Of a stretch of 64,000 nucleotides of DNA, positions 38,937 to 51,064 are shown piece after piece. The position numbers and the translations under genes are program-made. Origin of the DNA: Octopus bimaculoides (taxonomy: Eukaryota); assembly GCF_001194135.2 (NCBI RefSeq), contig NC_068988.1, positions 95,294,453 to 95,358,452 of the forward strand, given 5' to 3'. Within the stretch, counting starts at the first letter, position 1; each line of letters starts with the position of its first letter. Under the pieces are notes generated by a model. The model saw nothing but the letters and a program-made list of their open reading frames with translations, made no database searches and had not been told where the DNA came from.

Positions 38937-40381
38937 ACAAATCTTAAATATTACTCAAGTTAATTTGATTAGCTCGCTCTAATCCTCTGCATTAGAAATA
39001 CATGATAGCCTAGATTAGAATATGAAACGTCGAAATAATGTCAGTTCATGAGCCAAATATTCCCAAGATGTTTACTGCAGTCTGCTAAAGTCAAGAAGTA
39101 AGCCTGTATTATATTTTATTTATTTTTTCCCCGTTATAGCTGTATTTCTAAACGATCCCCTTCAGTTATCCAAGCCCTTGACCTGATGGAGAACGGCAAG
39201 ACTAAAGGTTAGTGAACAGATCCTTTTGGTCATAAAATCCATTTTTATTTGCTGTCATCATTCATTAGTGAAAATGGTATAATTGCCCCAGGTGGAATAT
39301 GTCATTTCTCACAATGATATCCTCGGGTCAGAAAGGAAAGGCGAAGAAAAATATTAATATTCTAAGTTTCCTTTTTCGTAAAACTTTTTCTATATATGTA
39401 TATATATATTTTTTTTTCTTTCCTATCTTCTATTTCCTTTCACAACCATCCTAGTTTCTCATTGTCTATATTTTTCCAACATTTTTTTAGTTTGTTTTGT
39501 TTCTTTCCGTTTCTTTTATGATTTTATCATTTATTCATTCAGTTCTGCATTTTTTTTATGAAGATGGAGAAAAAAAAAAGGAGCGCAGCAGACAAATGAA
39601 TCTGTTCCGCTTCCGGCTAAACTCTATCAGCTTTACAGAGAATTCCTTTCATTGCTTGCCAGACAATTTTTTTATTATTTGACGAGAAATTTTGACAGCC
39701 TTTGCGGTATTGACAACGCTTGGCAGTGGGTCAAAGATGGAATTATGCTCAGAGACATAATTCGATATGAACCGACAGGCAATATAAATTATGCTCAGAC
39801 AACGAATCAATTTTTCACATGATAATGTTTATTTCGATAAAATATTTGATGTTGCTGCTAAATAATATAAGGTAATTGTACTCTGTGGTTAATTAAAAGG
39901 AAATTTTAAAAAATAAAATGTTTTATCATCCCGTTCAGCTTCATTTTATTCTATGTAAAACAAAATGGAGATAAAGATATCATCTGACACTGATAAAAAA
40001 AAAACTATACAAAAGCATTGACCTAAATAGCAATAAAAAGGGTCAGATTGGTGTCTGCTTCTACTCATAAATTACTTCAAATTTACACCTTTCTAACTGA
40101 ACATGGTAGAATTAGTGATTTCTTACTTGACTGGAAACCCCCATACATTTAATAATTCAACATCGAAATTTAGAACTTATATTGCATCGTTCGAAATGAA
40201 CTACCTTCTTTTCTCTTATTGGGTGAGATCAATATTTATATCTTCACTACGGTTCGATCAGTGGAGTCTTTTACCTGGATGGTACTTTGCAAAAATAAAA
40301 TGGCTTCAATCGATTTGTACAACGGTTCTAAAACAGATGAATACCAAATTCCCAAAAATAATAACGAAAGTTTAGCACAAT

Positions 40382-40418
<37 letters not shown>

Positions 40419-42304
40419 TCACACACACTCACACACACTCACACACATGTCACTTTATGAATGAAGACAATAAATATGGTCCCTAGAATTATTCTTGTAT
40501 CCAGAGAATTAATATTTTTCACCATAGTTTTGATGGAGTTTAAAATGTTGAAAAGCTATTTTAATGGAACTAATTCAACACAGCAACAATTTGTCTGGAC
40601 CCTTTCTATGAGAAACACCGGATTCGTGGTTATTAAAGGTGATTTGAGGAGTCGTCTACAATTTCTATTCCACATCTAGAGGATGCTGACAAGTAGAGAG
40701 AAGAGTGAAGCCTCATTCCAAGTATCTTAGTGGAGTATGTAGTTGTGTTTACATTCTCATTTTTTCTTTTCCTTATCGCTCTTTCTAGGATCAATAAAAT
40801 AGATATCATAAATAATTAAATTCCAGTTAATTGGCTATTACTGTTAATTACTTAAGAAAGTTGGTCTTGTGATTGTTCTAATGAAATTGTTATTCAATAT
40901 TGTAAAATAAGAAAAGAACATGTGTGAATAAAAGTATTGAGACTTGTGTTCCGTGGGTTGTGAGGTGGAATACACAACAGACATTTTTTGGTATTTCAGG
41001 GAAGGCATTTAATCTTGTTACACGTTTCAGTTCATGCTAAAAGACAGAGAGATCAGGCAGAATTAATGATTTGTTAACTCGTGATACGGATTATTGCTGT
41101 CGGCTCAGTTGTTCTCATTCACACACCAAGTGAGAAATGTCATCATCATCATCATCATCATCATCATCGTACCCGTTATCCCATACTAATTCGTAGTATG
41201 TGTACATGTGTTTATGTTTATGCGTGTGTGTGCATGCGCTTGTGTACGTATCTGAGTGTATGTGTTGTAGATATTGTCAGCCCAAATTCGATCCTGGTCA
41301 AACGAATCTATAATCAAAAACATCCCAGCCACGACCGATTCAATTGTTTCTTGGAAAAAAAATCATATCTTGAACTACATTTTCCAATATAACCCTTTTA
41401 AGAACTAGATAATTATTTCAGGGAAATTTGGATGCGATTTCTACTATATTGAATGATTTTATTCCTCCATGGTTCTTTGGAATCTTCGGTCTCAGTCTCA
41501 ACAGAATTCCTTTGGAAATCCTTGTCGCCTCTCTTAGTTCGTTGCCACACCAACAATAACGACACAACTGTCACCCAGATAAAAATGTCACATTCTGTAT
41601 CTATTTGTTGCTAGCAAATAAACAGTTGTCGTAAATAGCTAAATAAAAATGTAAACATCGACATTAATGAGTAAACATATTGGTGACAAAGGGAAATAAA
41701 TAAAAAAAAATACGTCTGACTGATTTTTTTGTCTTATGTAGTTCAAAGTGATCCGCAGCTGGTTCAGAACTGGTTCGCAGCTGGTTCGATAAACGACCGG
41801 CAGTTTTTATATAATGAATTTTTTTTCTTGTTTAGCCACATAATAACAAAACAACGTACATACATACACACATACACACATTCACACATACATACATACA
41901 TACATACATACATACATACATACATACATACACACATACATGCATGCATGCATACATATATGCGTGTCGATATACGTGTACGCACGTAGGTACACGTTTA
42001 GCCACATACAAGCATTTATACATCTACTTTGAATGATCAGACGGTCTAAATTTATATTAGTGCTCTTACTACTCAAAAAGCATCACACATCCTGTGACCT
42101 CTTCAGCGACTCTCCATACCACGTGTTTGTTTCTGTTCTGTTTAGTCCATTCTTTCTTAGAATGTACTAAAATAAGGCGTTATGTTGTTACAAGGTACAT
42201 AGATGTGTTGCCAAATGGCTACCAATAAGCCGTACTTGTGCCGGGGTTATTTTCCTCGGATCTCTTGTTAATATTTGTAATCAACGTCACTACATTCCCT
42301 CTGG

Positions 42305-42340
<36 letters not shown>

Positions 42341-42387
42341 AACAAATATATATACATCAAACAAATATATATATGTATGTATATACG

Positions 42388-42545
42388 AAGTGCTTCTTTC
42401 AGTTTCTGTCTACCAAATCCACTCATAAGTCTTTGGTCGGCCCGAGGCTATAGTAAAAGACACTTGCTCAAGGTGCCATGCAATGGGATTAAACCCAGAA
42501 CCATGTGGTTGGGAAGCAAGCTTCTTACCACACAGCCACTTCTAC
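42388..42545 (-). mobile_element. SINE family B, 5' half
   Basis: cttctttcagtttctgtctaccaaatcc..ccatgtggttgggaagcaagcttcttaccacacagcc. Confidence 0.85.
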
Positions 42546-42943
42546 TNNNNNNNNNNNNNNNNNNNNNNNNNNNNNNNNNNNNNNNNNNNNNNNNNNNNNN
42601 NNNNNNNNNNNNNNNNNNNNNNNNNNNNNNNNNNNNNNNNNNNNNNNNNNNNNNNNNNNNNNNNNNNNNNNNNNNNNNNNNNNNNNNNNNNNNNNNNNNN
42701 NNNNNNNNNNNNNNNNNNNNNNNNNNNNNNNNNNNNNNNNNNNNNNNNNNNNNNNNNNNNNNNNNNNNNNNNNNNNNNNNNNNNNNNNNNNNNNNNNNNN
42801 NNNNNNNNNNNNNNNNNNNTATATATACAAGCGTATATATATACACACATATATACACAAACACAAAATGGAACCACATGTGGATAGTTGGTGATTTTTT
42901 TTTTCTCCGTCTTTCTTTTCTCTTCCACTTTCGTCTGTCTCCT

Positions 42944-42978
42944 GTTTCTGAAGAAGAGCTTTGCCCGAAACGTAAAAC
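42944..42978 (+). ncRNA. Minimal type I hammerhead motif, near intact
   Basis: GTTT-CTGAAGA-A-GAGC-ttt-GCCC-GAAA-CG-TA-AAAC: palindromic ACGT stem III, GUA triplet, one stem II mismatch. Confidence 0.7.
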
Positions 42979-43384
42979 TACCTTTCTTTCCTTCCCTGAG
43001 CGTCTTATTAATACATTGCATGCACCACTTCCCCCATGTTGTTTTTTTTCTTGTGTTTGTTCTTTGTTTTTGGGAGGGAATTACATATATATATATATAT
43101 ATACACACACACATACATATAATTACCTACACATATATATATGTGTGTGCGTGTGTGTGTTTGTGTGTGCGTGTGTGTGTTTGTGTGTGTGTGTAATGGT
43201 AGTCTCCCGCTATTGCATACTGAAAAATCTGCACAAATGATTTCTTCCAGGGTGGATCAAGTGTTGTATGTACTGTGTCCATTAATAGCCCCCTCGCCCC
43301 TTCCCTCCCTTCCTCCTGAAAATCAACGTTGCCTGTCCCGGTTCATGGTGTCGGATGTAGAAGTTGTGGAAGGGCAACGTGGAA

Positions 43385-43452
43385 TGGCGTGTTTTTGCAA
43401 GGCACCATCATGTCCGAGAATCGAACCACGATCTCGTGGTCACGAATGCGAC
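43385..43452 (-). mobile_element. tRNA-derived SINE head
   Basis: Minus strand GCATTCGTGACCACGAGATCGTGGTTCGATTCTCGGAC (B-box GGTTCGATTC). Confidence 0.6.
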
Positions 43453-43551
43453 ACACTATACTCTGTGTCACGCACCATCACACACACATATAAACAAATA
43501 AACATGCACGGACACATAAACATACACACACCACACATACACGCGCATTCG

Positions 43552-43620
<69 letters not shown>

Positions 43621-44309
43621 NNNNNNNNNNNNNNNNNNNNNNNNNNNNNNNNNNNNNNNNNNNNNNNNNNNNNNNNNNNNNNNNNNNNNNNNNNNNNNNN
43701 NNNNNNNNNNNNNNNNNNNNNNNNNNNNNNNNNNNNNNNNNNNNNNNNNNNNNNNNNNNNNNNNNNNNNNNNNNNNNNNNNNNNNNNNNNNNNNNNNNNN
43801 NNNNNNNNNNNNNNNNNNNNNNNNNNNNNNNNNNNNNNNNNNNNNNNNNNNNNNNNNNNNNNNNNNNNNNNNNNNNNNNNNNNNNNNNNNNNNNNNNNNN
43901 NNNNNNNNNNNNNNNNNNNNNNNNNNNNNNNNNNNNNNNNNNNNNNNNNNNNNNNNNNNNNNNNNNNNNNNNNNNNNNNNNNNNNNNNNNNNNNNNNNNN
44001 NNNNNNNNNNNNNNNNNNNNNNNNNNNNNNNNNNNNNNNNNNNNNNNNNNNNNNNNNNNNNNNNNNNNNNNNNNNNNNNNNNNNNNNNNNNNNNNNNNNN
44101 NNNNNNNNNNNNNNNNNNNNNNNNNNNNNNNNNNNNNNNNNNNNNNNNNNNNNNNNNNNNNNNNNNNNNNNNNNNNNNNNNNNNNNNNNNNNNNNNNNNN
44201 NNNNNNNNNNNNNNNNNNNNNNNNNNNNNNNNNNNNNNNNNNNNNNNNNNNNNNNNNNNNNNNNNNNNNNNNNNNNNNNNNNNNNNNNNNNNNNNNNNNN
44301 NNNNNCTAG

Positions 44310-44377
44310 GTCACGCGGACGTAAACACACCAACATCGGTTATGAAGCAGTGTCTGGGGACGAACACAGACATAGAA

Positions 44378-44419
<42 letters not shown>

Positions 44420-44467
44420 GACAGGCTTCTTTCAGTTTCCATCTACCAAATCCATTCACAAGGCTTT
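44310..44467 (-). mobile_element. SINE family B, inner parts of both halves around (TA)n
   Basis: gacgtaaacacaccaacatcgg..(TA)n..cgacaggcttctttcagtttcc. Confidence 0.8.
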
Positions 44468-45169
44468 TTCCCTCTCTTCATCTCTTTATTATCTCTCTCC
44501 TTGCTTTTCGTTTTTTCCTTTTCCTTTTTCTTTTTTTTCCTCTCTTCCTGAGTGATATCGATGTAAATAATGGTTACCTTATTCAATGGAATATTTACTA
44601 GTGACGAGAAGAAGCGAGAATATATATATGTCGGTGTATGCGTGTGTGTGTTAATGAATCTAAAAAGGATTCGATACAAATTCCGATTGGAGGAATATAG
44701 ATATTCATAGTGCATGCAAAATCGAATGAAGACAGACTGTTGTATCCAATTTGCATAACAGTACGTGTGCTGTAGCCAACGTAGATTAAATAATTAATTC
44801 ATACTGCATTACGTAGTCTTGTTATGCATAATTTGAAATGTAAAATAGGTGTTATTTTTTTAAAATAGAAATATAACTTAAAATGGGCTGCACAAAATAA
44901 ACAAAATGGAGATTGTTCTCGAACTTCTGAATATAAATGATACATGAAATGCATTATTTACTGGAGTATTTGCGTCCCATAAGGGTGCATTTCACCGACT
45001 CACACATGCCAGTACCCCGACACAACTGTGCTTCTGCATACATTCACACGTTATAAGTGGTTTTGGATGTTTTGACTGCTCCTTCTAGCATGTAAGGCGG
45101 CCTGTTAAGGGCCACCTCTTTTCGTGTTTCAATGTACACTAATTTTATATAGTATATATATATATATAT

Positions 45170-45320
45170 ACGACAGGCTTCTTTCAATTTCCGTCTGCCA
45201 AATCATCTCACAAGGCATTGGTCGGCCCGAGGCTGTAGTAGAAGACACTTGCCCAAGGTGCCACGCAGTGGGACTGAACCCAGAAAACCACGTGGTTGGT
45301 TAGTAAGCTGCTTACCATAC
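45170..45320 (-). mobile_element. SINE family B, 5' half
   Basis: cgacaggcttctttc..gacacttgcccaaggtgccacgcagtgggactgaaccc. Confidence 0.85.
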
Positions 45321-45640
45321 AGACAGATACAAGCGAAGAAGCTGATAGTCTTAAAGATCTTCAATGTAAACCTATCCTTATATTTGCCATCCAGCATAAT
45401 TCTAGCATAAATTCAGAACATATCACTACTCGATTCTTAAATATTAATGTAGGAATAAGGAACCCCAAAAATAAATAAATATTTATATTCATATGGTGAT
45501 AGGAAATTGCCCCACAGATACCAATATCTGTAATCTAATCCCTTTTTGGTGAGGTTTTAAGTTTACATTCATTAAATTTTACGCGTAAAAGAAGTATTCG
45601 TTAATAAGAAGCATCTTAATAGATCATTAAATTTAATTCT

Positions 45641-45790
45641 ACAGATTTTCGAGGGACTGCAGAGTCAGCACTGAAACTTACGTCGTTTCGTATACGAACA
45701 CGTTTATGTGAACAGTTATTGGCATAAACATATTCATATACGAAACGTCGTGACTTCCAGTGCTGGCTCTGAAGTCTATCTAAAATCTGT
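45641..45790. repeat. 150-bp imperfect palindrome, possible Tc1/mariner-derived MITE
   Basis: 68-bp arms (56 of 68 complementary), 14-nt loop 45709-45722; ends TA-CAGATTTT...AAAATCTG-TT. Confidence 0.75.
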
Positions 45791-46434
45791 TGCGATAAAC
45801 ATACGAATAAGAACATTGCACTGCTAACACTAAAGCAAGGCACAATATTGAGTTGTAAACCTTCAATATACTTGGTTGTACACTCTCGTTCCAAAACGAA
45901 ATAATGTGTCCTTGCTAGCAATTAATGCTTCATAGATTAGTAGAGCCGGCTGTTAAGCAATAGAAAATCAACACCACCCAACCCACCACACACACACACA
46001 TACAACAAATACAACAGGTGTCACGCCTGCTAAGATGACATAAACCATATATTCTTTATACTATAATAAGCCAGCATAACAAAAGGCTCGCTGATCAGAA
46101 AATGGATGTTTACGTCATTAAAAGTCACATAAAACCAAACAGGTATGTATCCCGCCAAACAACAAACTCATAGTTACAATAACAACCAATCGGTCAATAT
46201 GAAACTATCAAACCGTAGAAATACACAGCAGACAACCGTTGTTAGATTGAGATTGGAATGGCAATACGAAAGTCAAAATTTCATGACTGAAACTATTAAA
46301 TCGTGCAGAAAAGATGACTTGCTCGTCGAGTGGTCATACTTTCACATCTAGGAACAACCGATTCTTGTTATAATACAATTCACGGAATAGAATTGGGTAG
46401 AAAATGAAGAAGTTAGATGAGAGAAGGCAGAAAC

Positions 46435-46582
46435 GTGGCTGTGAGGTCAGACATTTGCTTCCCAACCACATCGTTCTGTTTTGGGCAAGTGTCTACAATT
46501 GTAGCCTCGAGCCGAATGGAGCTTTGAGAGTGGACTTATTAANNNNNNNNNNNNNNNNNNNNNNNNNNNNNNNNNNNNNNNN

Positions 46583-46663
<81 letters not shown>

Positions 46664-46710
46664 ATTTCCACCACTACTTGACACTGGTCTTGGTGTATCT
46701 ACGTCCACGT
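46435..46710 (+). mobile_element. SINE family B, degenerate, internal gap and (TG)n
   Basis: gtggctgtgaggtcagacatttgcttcccaaccac..ttgggcaagtgtct; after (TG)n: ggtgtatctacgtccacgtaac. Confidence 0.6.
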
Positions 46711-46799
46711 AACCGTCTTGAGTTCTCTCTGGCCGCTACTGGAACGAATCTTTGTCTCCTTCCGATATACATTGCGTTTTTAACATAGCACGTCCATAG

Positions 46800-47010
46800 T
46801 GGAGGCGCATGGCTTGGTGGTTAGGGTGTTGTACTCATGATCGTATGATTGCGGTTTCGATACCTAGAACGGACGATGCGTTCTATTCTTGAGAAAACGA
46901 CTGCATTTTATGCTGCTCCAATCCACTCAGCTGGTAAAAGAGAGCAATCCTGCGAGAAACTGGTGTCCCATCCAGGGAGGAATATATACCGCAGAGAAAC
47001 CGGGAAATCT
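46800..47010 (+). mobile_element. tRNA-derived SINE, family C-like head with a different tail
   Basis: ggaggcgcatggcttggtggttaggg (A-box) ..ggtttcgatacc (B-box) ..cctgcgagaaactggtgtcccatccaggg. Confidence 0.7.
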
Positions 47011-47585
47011 TACGGAGTAATGTGGACCAACCAACACTTTTGGAGATGTTATCTCAGGACAGTGTAGTAACTGGCCTATCAAGTTTGTGGATATCTGGCT
47101 TTTTAGTTAAACACTAGCACAGTTGCATAGAACGGGTTCATAATTATATATTTTTAGCACAGGCTGCAAAGAAACATAAATCGGTGGAATTGGTTTGGTT
47201 CTGCTAAATCTCTATTTTATACCGTAAAATAAAGAATACTAATGAATGAAAATAAACTCACACACACACACACACTTCTTTCGTATCGATGCCCATGTCT
47301 GACACAGCTGTGTATAAAGCAATGTTAAAGTAGTCCAACTTCGGACCGTTCTCTAAAAATTCAGACATACAGACTCCTTAGAAGATCGTCTGGACGGTGA
47401 ACTGTAATTGGCTGTTGTCGCAAAACAATCTTTCTTTCTTTTCATTGTAATGAAACATTTCGGCTGTTTTCAGTTCAATGTTTGTCCCGGTGTTTTGAAA
47501 TAACCTTTGTAATGGATATTCCGTTCAATGACATTCTTTTAGAGTTGTCTCCATGGAATTGTAATTGTGTTTGAAACAAATATTC

Positions 47586-47707
47586 ACCATGGTTCCGGGT
47601 TCAGTCCCACTGCGTGGCACCTTGGGCAGGTGTCTTCTACTATAGACTCGGGCCGATCAAAGCCTTATGAGTGAATTTGGTAGACGGAAACTGAAAGAAG
47701 CCCGTCG

Positions 47708-47778
<71 letters not shown>

Positions 47779-47952
47779 ATGAGTGTGTATGTTTGTGTGC
47801 GTGTGTGTTCCCACCCCAACATCACTTGACAACCGATGCTGGTGTGTTTACCTCCCGTAACTTAGCGGTTTGGTAAAAGATACCGATAGAATAAGTACTA
47901 GGCTTACAAAGAATGAGTCTTGGGGTCGGTTTGCTCGACTAAAGGCGGTGCT
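47586..47952 (+). mobile_element. SINE family B, near complete, ungapped, with internal (TA)n(TG)n
   Basis: ggttccgggttcagtcccactgcgtggcaccttgggc..gaaagaagcccgtcg-(TA)n(TG)n-..ggggtcggtttgctcgactaaaggcggtgct. Confidence 0.9.
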
Positions 47953-48539
47953 ACACGGTTGTGTGCTATAAATGCGGAACCGTGTTTCACGTTAAATGTC
48001 TGGTAAATAATATTTTATTTATAAAAGAAAGATGACATGTTTTTTTTACTGATAGAAATGTAAATATAAATAAATAGAAAGAATATTGTAAGAATAGGGA
48101 TTTATAATAGGGTGGGTTTGCAATCAATAACGAATTAGACAAGTCAGGAAGTTGATTAGAAGTTACAATTTGGTAATGCTATAATTTTGTTGGGAAGAGA
48201 TATAAGTAGAAAGTCTGTGTTTATTTATTGTATTTGTTGAATAACAAAGACATATTAAATATGAAATTAGAGATTGCATATGAATATTTAAGTTAAAATA
48301 TTACGAAGGAAGATAGAAAGAGATATATAAACAATCGCTACTTCATGCATATTATCATATGCATTATACATTTATTGTATATACATATTATTTGTACACT
48401 GTACAGCTAATGTGAACATATTCTTATATGTGGAGACGCGAGCATTCACAACATGATCACATATCAGTTGACAAGAATAAGTAATATTACTGGCAGGAAA
48501 ACAAATAGGAAAACAAATGTTAAGAGGCTCACTTGGTAA

Positions 48540-48637
48540 ATACGTGGCTTCGGATTCAATCACGTTGAACAGCACATTGGAAAAATGCTTTGTAAGGGAA
48601 TTCGGTAAACTGCGGGAAACTGTGTGGAAGCCTGTCA
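48540..48637 (+). mobile_element. SINE family B, degenerate
   Basis: ggattcaatcacgttgaacagcacattggaaaaatgctttgtaagggaattcggtaaactgcgggaaactgtgtggaagcctgtc. Confidence 0.45.
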
Positions 48638-48708
48638 TATGTGTGTGTGTGCATATATACATATATACATGTATGTATGTATGAATACATATGCATATAT
48701 ATATAGAC

Positions 48709-48743
<35 letters not shown>

Positions 48744-48826
48744 TCATATAAATGAGTAACAAATGATGTACAGGTGTCAATTCAATACGGCCGATTCAAG
48801 AGACTCCTTTAATTGATTAAAGAAAA

Positions 48827-48863
48827 CATTAAATCATTTGAAAGAAACCGTTCTCGTCAGATG
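48827..48863 (-). ncRNA. Decayed hammerhead-like motif
   Basis: Minus strand CAT-CTGACGA-GAAC-ggtttc-TTTC-AAA-TGATT-TA-ATG; G12 missing. Confidence 0.3.
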
Positions 48864-48970
48864 ACCGCGTAGACTTCAAACATAAAGGATACAACTATTT
48901 CATTAGTGTCAGTGATATCTTGTTCGTAAAGAGAATGGTGTGTATAAAGAGATTGAGAGACAGAGAATGG

Positions 48971-49078
48971 GAGAGAGAGAGCGAGGGAGAGAGAGCGAGG
49001 GAGAGAGAGCGAGGGAGAGAGAGCGAGGGAGAGAGAGCGAGGGAGAAAGAGCGAGGGAGAGAGAGCGAGGGAGAGAGA
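48971..49078. repeat. 14-bp tandem repeat (GAGAGAGAGCGAGG), about 7 copies
   Basis: Direct reading. Confidence 0.9.
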
Positions 49079-49354
49079 CTTATAGATAAATCGACATATA
49101 GACACACAAGCATACAGACAGACATACACGCGCACGCACACGCACACATTACACGTTGTTTAATTGGATGTAATTCAAATATGAAACTCGAAATCCTCAA
49201 AATTGTAGAATCCCGTGGAATGAAGAATTTTTGTCATTTCCATCTTCGAGAATTTACTGTCGATGACGGCCACGACGAAGATTCTGATCGTGTTTGAAGT
49301 CGGTCGCGCTTTGCTGAAAATCTCTTTTATAGTGCTTTGTTATCACACATATGC

Positions 49355-49422
<68 letters not shown>

Positions 49423-49483
49423 NNNNNNNNNNNNNNNNNNNNNNNNNNNNNNNNNNNNNNNNNNNNNNNNNNNNNNNNNNNNN

Positions 49484-49574
<91 letters not shown>

Positions 49575-49705
49575 CTCTGTCAATCTCTCTTTCATTCTCT
49601 GTCCCTCTCTCGCCTTTTCTTGTCACTTTCTCTTCATATTTATCTATACATATATATATATGTGTGTGTGAGTGTGTGTATGTGTATGTATACATACATA
49701 CATAC

Positions 49706-49752
<47 letters not shown>

Positions 49753-49881
49753 NNNNNNNNNNNNNNNNNNNNNNNNNNNNNNNNNNNNNNNNNNNNNNNN
49801 NNNNNNTATACATATATATATACATGTATGTATATATATATATATATGTATAGATGTATATATATACATATATATTCATAC

Positions 49882-49913
<32 letters not shown>

Positions 49914-49951
49914 GCAGACATAGACAGACAGACATACACACACACACACAC

Positions 49952-49989
<38 letters not shown>

Positions 49990-50086
49990 CTATATATATG
50001 ACTAAGGACTGTTTTGTCACGTTGATAGTTGTATGTTTAATAGTTAATAGTCTTATTTGTGAGATTAAGATTTGATCAACTTGTAG

Positions 50087-50146
50087 GATTGTCCAGTCAC
50101 GTTCCACTCAAAACTGTGGAACCCTGTCCTCTTGCAAGAGTTCTTA
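50087..50146 (+). CDS. Probable internal coding exon (DCPVTFHSKLWNPVLLQEFL), penultimate exon of an unidentified gene
   Basis: Acceptor tttgatcaacttgtag|G, donor TTA|GTATGT, 60 nt, open in phase 0/0, unique sequence between microsatellites; splices in frame to 54026. Confidence 0.5.
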
Positions 50147-50328
50147 GTATGTTTATGATATACGTGTGCATCGCTTTGTGTGTGTTGGTGTTTGTGTGCG
50201 TGCGTGTGTGTGTGTATGTGTGTGTGTTATGTGTCCTATGGTGGGACGTGAGCCCGTATAAAATAGCAAGTGCCGTATATGTTTTAATAGATGTATATTT
50301 AGCGTGGGGAATATGCTTGTTTGTTGTT

Positions 50329-50414
<86 letters not shown>

Positions 50415-50837
50415 TGTCTGTCTGTTTGTTTGTTTGTTTGTCTGTCTGTGTAATCTATTTGCTTGTTTGTATGTGTGAATGTGTTTCTATGTGTATATAT
50501 GTGAATCTATGTTGTTGGCGTATTTCCGAATGGTTTGTGTTTCATGTGTATTTAAACGAGCGAATAAATACAAACGACCTTGTAACACGTATGGGTAACG
50601 AAGTACATGTCAACAGACATTTCTTTGCGTGCCTCTTCAATGTTCTTATCTGATGTATAACTGTGTATGTACGAATGAATGTATGGATCAATATACTTAT
50701 GGATGTATGTGTGAACCTAGTGTTAAACACTTTCGGTATGCAAATTAAGGACCCTTCATAGAGTAACTGTTGCATTCGTTGAGTATATAAGCAGTTTGGC
50801 TGCTTGTTTCTCTGGAGACTGTCAGAATGATGTAGAC

Positions 50838-50880
50838 GCCTCTGATGAGAACCCAATAAGGTTCGAAAGCTGATTAAGGT
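50838..50880 (+). ncRNA. Type I hammerhead motif, core intact
   Basis: GCCT-CTGATGA-GAACC-caataa-GGTTC-GAAA-GCTGA-TTA-AGGT: perfect 5-bp stem II with G10.1-C11.1, 4-bp stem I, UUA triplet, weak stem III. Confidence 0.7.
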
Positions 50881-50889
50881 TGCTCATCA

Positions 50890-51025
50890 TTTTGCTTCCG
50901 TACCACATGCTTAGGGGTTGAGTCCCACTGCGTGGAACCTTGGGCAAATGTCTTCTACTATAGCTTTGGGCCGACCAAATCCTTGCGAGTGGATTTGGTA
51001 GGCGGAAACTGAAAGAAGCCCGTCG
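50890..51025 (+). mobile_element. SINE family B, 5' half, directly after the 50838 hammerhead
   Basis: gagtcccactgcgtggaaccttgggcaaatgtcttctactatag..gaaactgaaagaagcccgtcg. Confidence 0.85.

Positions 51026-51064
<39 letters not shown>

Noticed and set aside
40275-40327. Minus-strand 53-nt exon candidate with good splice sites
   Set aside because: Two frames are open and neither is recognisable; such site pairs arise by chance in AT-rich DNA.
40573-40735. Frame interrupted only by three TGA codons (selenoprotein or recoding idea)
   Set aside because: No Sec-like context, no SECIS seen and no protein recognised; compatible with chance or decay.
45616-45921. 101-aa minus-strand ORF
   Set aside because: Its core is a palindrome that gives similar peptides on both strands.
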